From Octopus sinensis (Eukaryota), in assembly GCF_006345805.1 (NCBI RefSeq), contig NC_042998.1:46562001-46626000 (forward strand): DNA of 64,000 nt, given 5' to 3'. The notes below the pieces were generated by a model. The model searched no databases and was not told where the DNA came from. It worked only from the letters and a program-made list of their open reading frames with translations. Shown piece after piece: positions 13,781-26,708 of this stretch. The translations under genes were made by a program, and so were the position numbers. The first letter of the stretch is position 1; each line of letters opens with the position of its first letter.

Positions 13781-14949
13781 GGAGAATGGAGAGCTAGAAA
13801 GGCTACTCACCTAGGCTTTAGGGAAGTCCGGTCAGTTAATTCTTGACAGTTGAATGGAGTTCCTCGACAAGCCCGTTTTACAGTTTTTTGTGTAGCCTCT
13901 TAGAAAAGTTTGCAACTCCACATAGGAATTAAACATTGGAGCTTCTGTAAGAGTCCTCTGTTAACCCTCACCTTCCGTTCGTATTTTGTTTATGTCCTTC
14001 ATTAATAGATTTATTGTTAACAACAGTCTACTTCCCATCTGGGCTATTGTGTGCATTTCATTGTGTTGTTGGTGTAGTTGTGATTGTTTGTGTTGCTTGT
14101 GTGGGTGTATGAATTCTTTATCGAGGTCTGTATTTCATAAAAAAGTTAATCAGCCAGTTGTTTTTTTTTCCTGAAGCGACCTTTTTTTCCTTTCCATTTC
14201 TTCCTTTTCCTCAGGAAATTTTAGCGAGTCTTTCGACATCAGTTCATTATACAACGAGTATTCGACTTCAATTCGTCATACGACGAGTATTCGAATTCAA
14301 GGAAGTCTGTAACAGACGCGAAAAGCGAGCTGAGCTCCAGTAAGTGTCTATACTGTGTATATTTGTCGTCTGGTACACTTGTGTGAGGAGGGTTTCTTTA
14401 AGTTGCGAAGGTGTTGGTGATAACGTATGCTGCGTTATAGTGAGTGTTTGTATTGCGGCTATTGGTGCTACTATTAAGTTGCTACTGATATCAATGCCTT
14501 TGCTGCTGTTATCAATGCTATTGCTGCTGGTACTGCTGTTATTGATGTTGTTGTGACAATGGTGTCGGCAGTAGTAGGGTGTGTTCCCCATCTTTTTTGC
14601 TGTAGAGACAAAGTCGTTAAAGGATCACCGCATAAGTGACACCTATGTTTTCTGCTCTCTACGGTTACAAGCAGTTTTAAGTCACCCAGCTTATCTAGAC
14701 TACTAATGGTTTTTCTCTCCGTTATTTCCTTTGGAATTCTGTTTTAATTTTTATATTTCTTAAAAGAATATCATATTGTTTTTCCTTATGTCGAACTTTT
14801 GTATCAAGCTAGATAGCTTTCATTTTGTACTTTATTGTTTTCTTATGTATATATGCAGGCAATATATATATATTTTATCAAATTAATCAGTTTCCTTTGC
14901 TTGTTTCTATTTTTCTAGGTCTATTTGTCATTATTTGTAGTAGTTCTCT

Positions 14950-15720
14950 GTTTGTGTCAACCTGCGTCCTTTTGTATTAACTACACGGTAGGCGCATACT
15001 ATCCATATTGGCTATGGGTAGTTCTGTTCTGATTATTTACTTTCAGTGTCTTGTCTAACTCAATGCTCACAGTTTTAGTTAATTTGTTTGTTCTTAAAGT
15101 AGCTTAGCATATTTGTCAAGTCCATATACGTATTTTTTTTTAATCCTGGGACTGAATTTATGTACTATCTTTAGTAGGTTATCCAGCAGGATATTGTCAC
15201 ATGTAAATAGCTTAGTTTCAAGTTATCATTATACAAAGATGATATATAATTCTCCGTAGTAATTATAACCATAGGTGGCTGCATTTATCATATTTGTTAA
15301 TGGGGTCATAGCTAGGCAGAAGAGTAGAGAGTGGGGAGGCGTATTTCTGAATGATTCATTCACTTATATAGCATTGGTTTTAATAATCTATTCGCCTTGT
15401 AATAACGTGCCTGTTTTACTTCTTGATATGATATGCTTGAAGTTTTGTATAAGTATTGGAGTTGCTTTATTAGTACGGAGTGTCTCCAATATCCAAGAGT
15501 GTGGTAACCTATCAAATGCTTTTCGGTAATCAAACCAAGTCATATTAATGTTTCTCTTAAATCTTTTTGCTTTATTCGATAATACTTCTGTCCACCATTA
15601 GCTTTCTTTACAGCCAAATATCACTTTTCGGCGCCATTGCTGTTCCCCTAGTAAGATGTTATTACAACCGCCTGTTGTAGGACGTAGATGCAAAGGATTT
15701 GTAATGTTCATTACTATTTA
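14950..15720 (-). pseudogene. R4/Dong-like LINE reverse transcriptase relic
   Basis: GEQQWRRK..FGCKE, WFDYRKAFDRLPHSWILETL, LLFCLAMTPLTNM and LLKIVHKFS...GLDKYAK appear in canonical RT order, with stops and frameshifts. Confidence 0.8.
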
Positions 15721-16332
15721 TCATAAAGAATGATGAGAGAAAAATGTAATGACATTTTACTATAATCCTTCTGACATTTTATACTACTGTCGCGTAGTTT
15801 GCCTAGATAACAATCTTTTGAGGGATTTTCCATGACCGTGAACGTACCAGACATACCAAATTTTTTATTGAATTTTAGAATTTAGAATTTTCACGATGTA
15901 GACATGTCGTGATAGATATTTTCTCACTGTTCCGCATCCACTCGAATAAATAGGTTAACAACTTTTTGATACATGAAAATTTGAAATTCTCACGACAGAC
16001 GATCGGTCTTAAGACGGGGGAACTAAACTTTTGTTGCATTGATACTGACACTTGTTCCTACCTAATTTGGGTATAATGAATTAAAATCTGGAGTCATATG
16101 TTCTCTATAAGCTATAAACTTTTGCAATTCATTACGGAATTTTGACACCTTTGAATAATTCCATTTTCTATCTAAGGAATTTATGGCCATACTACCTTAA
16201 ATTTGGGCTTGAAACAACCATTTAGACAAAAAATAAAGGTATTTATTCTTAACAGCTTTCATCATAATACATACCAAAGATGGAAATAAAGTCAAGAAAC
16301 GCCTAATGAAATAAAAAAATCTCAAATTGTTC

Positions 16333-17744
16333 CTATTCCGGCAGGAATTTTCGCTTGTAGCTCTTGCGTCTATACACTTTGTTAGGGTAATCCCGTTTGG
16401 CACCCAAGCAGTAAACCGCCATTAGATGTTTGTTCCAACGCCCTTGATAACGCTCTTCTATTATCATGAGGTCTTGATGGAAGCGCCCTCCATTTTTATC
16501 ACTGACAGCTCCAAGGCTCTCGGAGAATTGGTGAAGATGGCTATACAGGAAATGAAGTTTAACACTAATGTTGCATCCAAGATCGCGAAAAACCAACTGC
16601 ATTTTAGCAATCAAAACCTCATAGTATTCTGCATTTTTGTTATCAAGAAAATATTGTTTTATAATGCCCCAAAATGACGGCCACGCTTTCTTCTCCTTTT
16701 CATTCATCTTCCTGACAAATCCCCTCATCACGTACAAACGCACGACTTCAAGGTCCATCAAATACGCCAACTTTTATTTTTCTCGAACGACAAAGTAAGA
16801 AAAGCAGAAACTATGTGCTGTAAACATTCACTATCAGTACTCAATGCTTTGACAAACTACTTCATCAAGCCGTGTGGAGTGGTAGGTAATTATCTCTAGG
16901 ATGACGACAGAGTCATTCACAATGTTTAACACACCAGCTTTCAGAGTTTCACTGATTGATCATTCCTTCTGGTTCCAGTGTTTGTCTTGAGCTTGACTGT
17001 CCCACATGCAGAGTTAGCATGGAAACTTAGTGAAACGTTTCTGTCACCCAAGGAGGAATTTGGCCACTTTTAGATCCACACAATGATCTAGTTTTGCTTG
17101 TGATATTTGGGGTTCACGCAAGTGCATCAAGAGATCAACTGGGGAAGTGCCAAAGACGTTGCAATTATGCACTAGAGGTTGCACTTAGAACTATCCAAAA
17201 ATAATCTCCATTCTGTAGGGTTATACTGAGAAATGCCTAACTGTGTAAGAAGGGCTGGGATACCGTAGCGGTAAACAAATTGCTTGTCATCTGAAAAAAA
17301 CAACAAAAAGAAACAAACTATTCCTGCATTTTGAAATATAGGAGTTTTGCAAGAAGATTTTCTCTTCCATTTAGCCTGGAGATTAGCTCTGCTGCTTACT
17401 TGGGGAGTATCAAATCACATACTAAGTCATATGACCTAAGTTGGACACCTTATTCGCATAATCACCGAGCCTGGAACTTAACTATGGTCTATCCATAGCA
17501 CTTATTCAGCATTACCTGACACCTTTGGGTCTCACTGACACCACTACTTCTCATGACCTATATATATATGTCAATTCCCAACAAATATACCAATTTCCGA
17601 AAATTCATAAAATTCAAATTGCATAAAAACTAGAACATGCAGGCGAAACTGATTTTAAATTTGAGCTCCGCGTTGAAAACCTACTTAGAATCAGTTGAAA
17701 AATGTTATGCAACTGCAAATGAGAAAAAAAATTATTCCCTAGTG
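16333..17744 (-). mobile_element. DNA transposon relic, Chapaev-3-like (CMC) transposase pseudogene
   Basis: GLMK*FVKAL, KIKVGVFDGP, and (ORF 16333-16770) KLHFLYSHL...LGAVSD..GGRFHQD...YQGRW; possible terminus CACTAGG at 17744 with TAA flank. Superfamily label from recall; other end not located. Confidence 0.7.
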
Positions 17745-18288
17745 TAATTCATAAATTTTCTGTGTTTTATACTTTTTATGTAACTTAGAGAATGGAAAAT
17801 TTTTTGCTAAGGATTCCTTTTCCATATCTTTCATATACTCCCTTTTCTATTATTACAAGCATACGTTAGCATAACTCATTTTTTTCCTACATTTTGGGTA
17901 AATACTTGGGTGCTGAAGTGTTGCTGTACTCCATCTGCAAATGCAGTAGTTGTTGTCTCATTAGTCCGTAAAGCAGCTATGTAGATATTTCCACCCTTTC
18001 CATCATGACCCCAGAGATACCAGGGGCCGTTCATCGATGTAGGCGACAAAACTCCCTCACAACTAACACGAGCTTTGCTGAATCAGATGTTGCGACTCTA
18101 AGCCAGCTGTTTCTACCATACTCAGTGTTAGTTCTTCCTGCACCACTCGTCCCCTCTCTTGAGCCAGATGTAACGGCTTACATTCTCAGCAGCTTCCGAC
18201 AATTTTCTAACAATAATTTTTCTCTCCTTCGTAGCTACTCAAAACTCCTGTATATCGGGTGAACGTTGATTGCAATAAATGCTCTAAC

Positions 18289-18578
18289 GCATATTCTGTT
18301 GTGTCCTGGGGAGAGTTATTTTCTTTTTGTGCCTTATAATGTAACACACTCACCGGTAAAATTTCCACTTATTTCTTATTTTTATTTATCGAAAATTTTC
18401 GTTGCGTCTTGCAACCTTTTCAATAGTCTTGATTTGTCCGTTATTAACACTGCATGCAAGACACAACGAAAATTTTAGGAAAATAAAAATAAGAAATAAG
18501 TGGAAATTTTACCGGTGAGGGTGTTACATTATAAGGCACAAAAAGAAAATGACTCTCCTCAGACACAACAGAATATGC
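18289..18578. repeat. Fold-back inverted repeat (about 125-bp arms, 41-nt spacer) in a dispersed repeat
   Basis: 18289-18413 is the reverse complement of 18455-18578 with few mismatches; the right arm plus downstream sequence recurs at about 39930-40035. Confidence 0.85.
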
Positions 18579-19411
18579 TTCAACACACGAACTCAAATAA
18601 AGAATCTTGCAAACCAAATCCAAAAACGAAACTCTTTCGCATATTTCTACAGGGAAAACATATTGCCTACCATTCATTGTTTTCACAGAGTTAAACCATC
18701 ACACTATATTCCCTATCTTTCCAGAAAAAGGCGCCTTCGATGCTCTGTATATTAAAAACATCAACTTTTATCTACCTTTAAATGTCTTGCTATTCAAACT
18801 GTTCAGTTTCTTTGATTGTAGCCATCACAAGTTGGATAGCTCACGAAAAAAAGAATGTATACTCGTTCTTAATGCCCACCAGCATTGCTTTGGAACTTCC
18901 TTTTAATCTATGATATCACCCAAACATAAGACTAACGGAAATATCCATCAAAACCAATATTCTTCAGGTCGAAAAAAAAATTCATACAGGTCTTTCTTTC
19001 TGAATTCATAAATTATAATGATTTTTTTTACGATGAATAAGAGCGGATTAACTTCCGTCTGTTAGTGAATTACAGCTGATTCAGTCTTTATTGTTACAAA
19101 TTTCTAATAATGTTTAGTACTATGTATGTATGTATGTATGTATGTATGTATGTATGTATGTATGTATGTATGTATGTATGCATGTCTCTACATTTTAATT
19201 ATTAGAAATATTCTAACCCCCCCCCCATATATATATATAATGTGTGTGTGTGTGTATATATAAATATATACATTGTATATGTGTATCCATTCTCACACAC
19301 ACACACACACGACGGGCATTTGTGAAGTTTCCAATGACTTAATTATATTCATAAACCATTAGTCCATTCGATTCTACCAATTTTACTGATTCTACCGTAC
19401 AACGCAGTGAA

Positions 19412-19660
19412 GGCGCATGGCTCAGTGGTTAGAGCGTCGAGCTTACGATCGCGAGATTGTGAGTTCGAATCCGGGACCGAGCTTTGTGTTGAATTCTTGA
19501 GCAAGAAACTTTGTTTCACGTTGCTCCAGTTCACTCAGCTGTAGAAATGAGTTGTGACGTCACAGGTGCCAAGCTGTATCGGAGAGGGGAGGCCGGCATG
19601 CATGGGTGACTGCTGGTCTTCCATAAGCAACCTTGTCAGTAATGACCGAAGGGGGTCTCA
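19412..19660 (+). mobile_element. SINE family D (tRNA head plus CORE-like domain)
   Basis: A box TGGCTCAGTGG, B box GAGTTCGAATCC, then CTTGAGCAAG...TTTCACGTTGCTCCAGTTCACTCAGCTGTAGAAATG, which resembles the CORE-SINE domain. Confidence 0.8.
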
Positions 19661-20149
19661 GCTCTGCTCAACCGTACAACGTGCAACGCAGTGCGATCGA
19701 AACGAACGACAGGTGTCTGAAGAACGAAATCCTGAAAAAAACGAGGCTCTGCTTGCGCGTATGTGTATTTTAAGTTTGTAGGTATATAATAGATATGTAT
19801 GTAAGAATGCATGCATGTATTTGTGCGTGTGTGTGTCTGCGTGTGTGTCTGCGTGTTTATGTATGTATAAGCGCATGTGTAAACCTATAAATAAATAAAC
19901 CTTTAAATTCAGGCAGCTATTTTACACTAGTATCCGTGTGTATATCAGCGATTTTCAGTGGATTCATTGGGGTGGCATTTAAGATCGTAGGAATACATTC
20001 GGATACTGATATGAAATCGAAACCGTAGTATAGATTTTATTTCTGTAGTTACGCCCAAGTACATAGACTCACACGCTATATACTTTCCTCAAGAAATGTA
20101 TTGAGCACTTTAATGTATTTCCACATAAAAATCCCAAGCTTAAATATAT

Positions 20150-20342
20150 ACACAACATAAGTGTATACATACATACATACATACTTATATGTGGGTATGT
20201 GTGCGCGTGTTTATGTGTGTGTGCATGTGTGTGGGCATATATATATGTATATGTATATATGTGTGTATATATATATATATATATAATACATATATATATA
20301 TACATGTCTATGCACCTATGTATATATATATATGTACGCATA

Positions 20343-20389
<47 letters not shown>

Positions 20390-20840
20390 TATATATTATA
20401 TATATACATGTATATGTACATATGTATGTATATATATATATATATATCTGTGTGTGCGTGTGTGTGTGCGTGTGTGTACACTCACGTATGCAAACATATA
20501 TTCATATATGAATACACACAAACACACACAGACATTCGCGCACGCATACACACACATCTCCCCACAGACACATACACAGACGCATATATTGATACACCTA
20601 CATACACACATGCATCTATGCATACATACATACATACATACATACATACATACATACATACATACATACATACATACATACATACATACATACATACGTA
20701 CGTACATACATACATACATACATATTCGTATTTGGATAGTTAACTGAAGATAACTGTCATTCCATGAAAACGGGTTAAAAGACCTCGTACACAATACTGT
20801 AAAATCGGCGAGATAAATAAATAAATTAAGAAATAGATAA

Positions 20841-20881
<41 letters not shown>

Positions 20882-20935
20882 TAATAATAATAATAATAAT
20901 AATATAATAACAATAATAATAATAATAATAATAAC

Positions 20936-20979
<44 letters not shown>

Positions 20980-21010
20980 TAATAATAATGATAATAATAA
21001 TAATAATAAT
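20150..21010. repeat. (TA)/(CATA)/(AAT)n microsatellite field
   Basis: Read directly; explains the 237-aa poly-I/poly-L ORF. Confidence 0.9.
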
Positions 21011-21469
21011 AACAAAACGAAGATAAAGAAGAACCCCAGAAATGGTTTGTCTTTGAGAATAAGTAGTTTGCCATACTGGCTCCTTCTTTCTACCACCGAT
21101 GGAGTTCATATGTAGGTTGGTTTATAAATACTCGGGACATTACTGATAAAACCTGTCATACATTGGTAATGTTACTGTGGCTTGAAATATGAGAGAACCG
21201 GACCTTGAGTGTGGGAGTAGGAGAGAGAGAGAAAAGGTGGAAGGGGTGATAGTGGGGCGGGAGAGAAAGAGAGAGAGAGAGTGAGAGAGAGAGAGAGGGG
21301 GGGGCAGTGAAATTTACATTGTGTGAAATAGCAGCAATGGATAGAGAGTAAAAGTGAAAGACTGAGTAAAAAAGAGAGTGTATTTTAAGGGGCAGAATAA
21401 GAGACAGAGAAACAGAAATACATAGGCAGATATAGATAGATAGATAGATATATATATATATATATATAT

Positions 21470-21506
<37 letters not shown>

Positions 21507-21509
21507 CAG

Positions 21510-21542
<33 letters not shown>

Positions 21543-21555
21543 ATAGATTGATAAG

Positions 21556-21591
<36 letters not shown>

Positions 21592-21592
21592 C

Positions 21593-21640
<48 letters not shown>

Positions 21641-22089
21641 TATATATAGATAGATAGATTGATAAGTAGATAGATAGGTAGATAGATATAGATAGATAGA
21701 TAAATAGATAGGTAGATAGATAGATATAGATAAAGATAAGATACATTTATGTATATGTACATGCGTGTGTGTTTGTGTGTGCGTATTTGTGTGTCTGTGT
21801 GTGTTTGTGTGTGTGACAGAGAATATGGTTCAGGCAATTTTCCTAAGGAAATTCTGACGGAATGAAAGTTGGTATCAAGAAAGAGAGAGAGATAGGGGTG
21901 AAAAAAAGAAAGAAAGAAAGAAAGAGGAAGAGAGAGAAAGAGGGATAGGTGAAAGAAAGAAAGAAAGAGAAAGGAAGAGAGGGAAAGTGAGGTTGGAGGA
22001 GTGAGGAAAAGGGAGTGGAGAGACGAGGAAGAGAGGGACGGAAGAGGGGGAGAGTGGGGCAGAGAGTGGGAGAGAAAAAACAAGAGGAA

Positions 22090-22715
22090 GATAGGAGGGA
22101 GACAGAGTTTCGGGGTCGGGATTGCGTCGATTACATCGACCTCAGAGCCCAAAATATACTTAATTTATCGACCCAGAAAGGATGAAAGGCGAAGCCGACC
22201 TCAATGGCATTTGAACTCAAAACGTAAGGACAGACCAAATGCTGCTAAGCAATTTCGAATACAAAATGTGACTGCGTGTGATTGAGTGTTAGGGACTGAG
22301 AAGGAAATACAGAGAAAAGTTGACAATTAAGTGAGAAAGAAAGGATGATAAGTAGAGAGAGTGAGAGTGAGAGAAAAATGAGAGTATGGAAATGAAGGAG
22401 AGAGGGAGAGACAGAGAGTAGGGGTAAGAAAAAGTAAGAGAGGAAAAGAAAGAGAGCCGACGGAAAAGATAGAGGGGAAAATAGTGGGAAGTGCTAGAAC
22501 AATCTTGAATATATTCTTTTCTACTCTAGGTACAAGGCCCGAAATTTTGAGGGAGGAGGCCAGTCGATTAGATCGACCACAGTACGTAAGTGGTCCGTAA
22601 TTGATCGACCCCGAAAGGATGAAAGGCAAAGTCGACCACGGTGGAATTTCAACTCAGAACGTAAAGACAGACGAAATATCGCTAAGCATTTCGCCCGGCG
22701 TGCTAACGTCTCTGA
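22090..22715 (-). mobile_element. Two older family A SINE copies (about 22090-22262 and 22510-22715)
   Basis: rc of the TTTCATCCTTTCGGGGTCGAT body with diverged heads and tails. Confidence 0.7.
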
Positions 22716-22949
22716 CATAATCTCGATTATATTAAAGCAAGATGTATAGGGGGCACACGTGCACGCACGCACACACATACATATATAAATATGATATATA
22801 TATTATATATATATATATTTAATATAGTATAATAAAATATAATGTCATATGATATACATATATATTATATTTGCGAAGATGCATGGCTCAGTGGTTAGAG
22901 CGTCTTCTGTATGTATAAGCGTCGATACATGTATTTTTATCCTCTTTAT

Positions 22950-23520
22950 GGAAGACCCTTTGGCAACACTGCTCTATCTCCCAGGAGACGAAGCTTTGCA
23001 TCTACAACGCATCGGACCTTTCTATTCTCCTCTAATGAGCAGAAATGTGATCCCCTTCAAAGATCCTGGCGAAGAGGATCAACGGCTTCGATAAAAGAGC
23101 CTTGAGAACAATCGAGAACATCAGATGGTTCCATTACGTTTCCAACAATGAACTGCGTGTACCCACGCATCAGCTTGCAGCCTCTCACTCCATAGCTATC
23201 TGCCACATGCGCTGGTACGGACATGTCCTCCATCTCCCGCTAGATCATCCAAATGAATTTTACTCTCATTCAAAGCATCTGCGGGCTGGAAGAGGCCTCA
23301 TGGCATGTCACGCATCAGATGGCTGGACGAGATTGGGAAAAATCTCCAGCCGTTCGACATCATTTTGGGGCATACAGAGGGGCTAGCACTGGACCACCAG
23401 CACTGAGAGACCTGATCGGTTCTACGCATGATGAAATATCTGGGGCCAGTAACCTGGGATGACCCCAACCCCATCAGCCAAGAGCATGCAGCAAGAAGGA
23501 AGTAAGTAATATCAATTAAG
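22950..23520 (+). pseudogene. RTE-clade LINE 3' end
   Basis: RINGFDKRALRTIENIRWFHYVSNNELR...MRWYGHVLHLP; ends in a short (AAGT) tail. Confidence 0.8.
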
Positions 23521-24198
23521 AAGAAATTATATAAATTAAGCATAAATTCAGCATATTGTTAGATCTTAAATCGCAATTACTAATAAACAGTTCCAAAAAT
23601 TTCACACCCCATAGAGACATACAAAAGTTCAACTCATGACATGTTTCTGTGTTACAATAAAAAATGTAAATTTGAGTACAAAACATATTATATGTGTTAC
23701 AAGTAACACTACAGAAACTGGTTAGAATTTATATCCTTTAAGTTTGACAAAAAGAAAAAAATTGCTTCTACATATTCAACATCCGGGCAATGCCGGGTAC
23801 GTCTGCTCGTGTTCTTATATAACACATGTAAATGCAAAATCCACTTCCCCAAATCGTTTCTATTACACATATATAAACAATCAGGGTAACATACACTTAC
23901 ACACACATATATACATATATATATTGCCACACAGGAATACACATAAGGACTCACGCACCCACGCATATAAAATACACATACATACACATACACGCTCATA
24001 CACACACACATACACAAATGCACACCCACTCACACAAATAACGCTTACATACTAAAAAGATAAAGCAGATAAAACGCGTTTGTTGCTACTTAAAGACGAA
24101 TCTTATACGAAGACCTCTTTTTTTTTCTTCCGATAAAATACTATTCCCCTAACTCCAATCTAAACGCGTATCACAGTTACTGCTAACACCAAATGGAA

Positions 24199-24229
<31 letters not shown>

Positions 24230-24527
24230 CATAAACAAAACAAAAACATAAAAAAATATTTAAAAAACCCGAAAACCAGAAACAAGACATTCAGGAACCA
24301 CCGACTTCATATCTACATATATTTATTGATAGTCAGTAGATATTTAGTTGTCTAATTACTGTTAAGCTTTAATCACACTGTATGACCTTTTAGCTTTTCA
24401 TCTTGACTTTTAATCACTTCATTCCTTTTTGTTCAGACACGTTCATTCAGGTTTTTATCGTTTCCTTTTTATTCTTTTATTTGTTTTATTCATCAGACTC
24501 CGACCATGCTGGTGCACCTCTTTGACG

Positions 24528-24597
24528 AGATTTTAAAAAGTAGATACTGGACCGATTTTATTAATAAAATCGGTCCAGTATCTACTTTTTAAAATCT
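24528..24597. repeat. Perfect 70-bp spacer-less palindrome
   Basis: AGATTTTAAAAAGTAGATACTGGACCGATTTTATT|AATAAAATCGGTCCAGTATCTACTTTTTAAAATCT. Confidence 0.95.
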
Positions 24598-24752
24598 GGC
24601 ACGCAAGTGAAGAACTCTATCGGTTTCTTTTTGTTGAACAGTTAAGTTACGAGGACGTAATCATACCAGCACTATCTGTCCAGCGGAAAGAAACAAAAGC
24701 AAACACGCACACACGCATATATATATATATATATATATGTGTATATATATAT

Positions 24753-25154
24753 AGGCGCAGGAGTGGCTGTGTGGTAAGTAGCTTGCTAACCAGCCACATG
24801 GTTCCGGGTTCAGTCCCACTGTGTGGCATCTTGGGCAAGTGTCTTCTGCTATAGCCCCGGGCCGACCAATGCCTTGTGAGTGGATTTGGTAGACGGAAAC
24901 TGAAGAAGCCTGTCGTATATATGTATATATATTTATGGTGTGTGTGTTTGGTGTTCTGTGTTTGTCCCCATAGCATTGCTTGACACCGATGCTGGTGTGT
25001 TTACGTCCCCGTCACTTAGCGGTTCAGCAAAAGAGACCGATAGAATAAGTACTGGGCTTATAAAGAATAAGTCCCGGGGTCGAGTTGCTCGACTAAAGGC
25101 GGTGCTCCAGCATGGCCGCAGTCGAATGACTGAAACAAGTAAAAGAGTAAAGAG

Positions 25155-25156
<2 letters not shown>
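24753..25156 (+). mobile_element. SINE family B, full length (tRNA head, internal microsatellite, structured 3' half)
   Basis: A box TGGCTGTGTGG, B box GGTTCAGTCCC, tail AAGTAAAAGAGTAAAGAGT; near-identical copy at 40785-41199. Confidence 0.9.
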
Positions 25157-25199
<43 letters not shown>

Positions 25200-25250
25200 G
25201 TGTAGGAAGAAATGGAGCTGAACGAAGATTTAACAAAATTCCTTTTTATT

Positions 25251-25336
25251 ATTTTCTACATATGTTTCAAAGGCTGCAGAGTCCCTAATTCGGATTGAAT
25301 AAGGAGTCCATTTTGCAGCCTTCTCTTCAGGAAAAT
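25251..25336 (-). ncRNA. Type I hammerhead ribozyme, intact
   Basis: AUUUUC-CUGAAGA-G-AAGGCUGCA(loop)UGCAGCCUU-U-GAA-ACAUAUGU-A-GAAAAU. Confidence 0.88.
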
Positions 25337-26332
25337 CCAGGAACTTAATTCTCCAACAAAATGCACAGCAAGCTTTTCGACAAACGCTCACGAGGAGCCC
25401 ATGGAATAAATGGCACAAACTGTCTATCAATATGCGTTGACGCCAGGCTGGGTGAAAGCCGACGAGAAAGTCCGTTGAGATAATTCAAGGTCAAAATCCG
25501 GTCAACAGAAGGGGAGTACAGGAAAATCAAAGAGTGTGAATGTATTCTGTATGACTGGTGTTAATATTCGAATTGTTTAAGAATGAGTGCTAGAGTGTTT
25601 GAGTGTGAGAAATTGCTTTCATGTATGTGTTGTGCGTCTATGTATGTGTGGCAGTGGTTGTTTAGAAGGCAGCAGGGAGAGAGATATAGCTGGTATTAAT
25701 GGTCAAGCAACAGAAAAGACTGTGTCTGTGTGTTCGTCTGTAACCAGATGATAGAGAGAGGGGGGTGTCAACAATGGTCATGGCAGGATACAGTGTTGCT
25801 GACAGGGATGTCAGCAGTTCTAGACAACTAGCAGTTCTTACACTAACAGGGGAGTGATATCCCCTTACAAATTTAATTCAAATTTTTTTCATTTTCTTAG
25901 GAAATCAAGGGGTTAACTATATTAGACTTCATTGGTATTAGAGAAATGTATGCCGTTTCCAGTGTGGGCATCTGAAAGAATTTTACACAATCGAGTTAAC
26001 AAGGTGCCCTCGGGCCAACAGAATATGAAAGAGTTCCGAGTTACAAAGAGCACAGATTTTTTTGCCCTTATCAAACGGTAAAGACACCGATAAAATTGAC
26101 CATTCCAGTCTAAAAGTTGAATTCGCGTTCTTCAAACGCCAGACTAATTTACTTCAATAATCATATACAGCTTTGCCAAGAAACTTCTACCTTAACCGAT
26201 ACCGCAAATGGAGTTATTCGAGATATATATTTTTAACGCATATTGATAGACAGTTTGTGCCATTTATTCCATGGGCTCTTCGTGAGCGTTTGTCGAAAAG
26301 CTTGCTGTGCATTTCGTTGGAGAAGTTCCTGG

Positions 26333-26417
26333 ATTTTCCTGAAGAGAAGGCTGCAAAATGGACTCCTTATTCAATCCGAATTAGGGACTCTGCAGCCTTG
26401 AAACATATGTAGAAAAT
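26333..26417 (+). ncRNA. Type I hammerhead ribozyme, intact
   Basis: 6-bp stem I, core CUGAAGA (26339-26345), perfect 9-bp stem II, GAAA, palindromic stem III ACAUAUGU (26403-26410), GUA triplet; predicted cut after 26411. Confidence 0.9.
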
Positions 26418-26642
26418 AATAAAAAGGAATTTTGTTAAATCTATCTTCGTTCAGCTCCATTTCTTCCTACACTAAATCTATAAAACTTCAAATTTCCGCA
26501 CTAAGGCACGGATTTTAGGCCCCATGGTCGTAACCTCAACCGTGCTTTTTTCTGTTGGATTTTTGCTACCCAGGGTCGGTTATCATTTGAATAATCCGTA
26601 ATAAGATAATTCATTTATCTACTTCAATAATATATATAATAT

Positions 26643-26704
<62 letters not shown>

Positions 26705-26708
<4 letters not shown>

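Larger units (their letters stand above)
25195..26628. mobile_element. PLE-type insertion with inverted terminal repeat pair (about 243-bp arms)
   Basis: 25195-25438 is the rc of 26235-26477 (2 substitutions, 3 small indels); the right copy continues to (TA)n at about 26628; each arm carries a hammerhead. Confidence 0.85.

Noticed and set aside
18545-18570. CUGAGGA on the minus strand of the fold-back arm
   Set aside because: No stem II/GAAA follows, and the heptamer is not conserved in the other copies.
19412-19490. tRNA gene (also the heads at 24753, 40785 and 61946)
   Set aside because: A and B boxes are present, but the sequence runs into SINE bodies with no acceptor-stem closure or terminator.
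25120-25145. Family B tail AGUC-loop-GACU-GAAAC-AA-GUA resembling the 3' half of a hammerhead
   Set aside because: No catalytic core or stem I upstream; better read as a SINE tail stem-loop.
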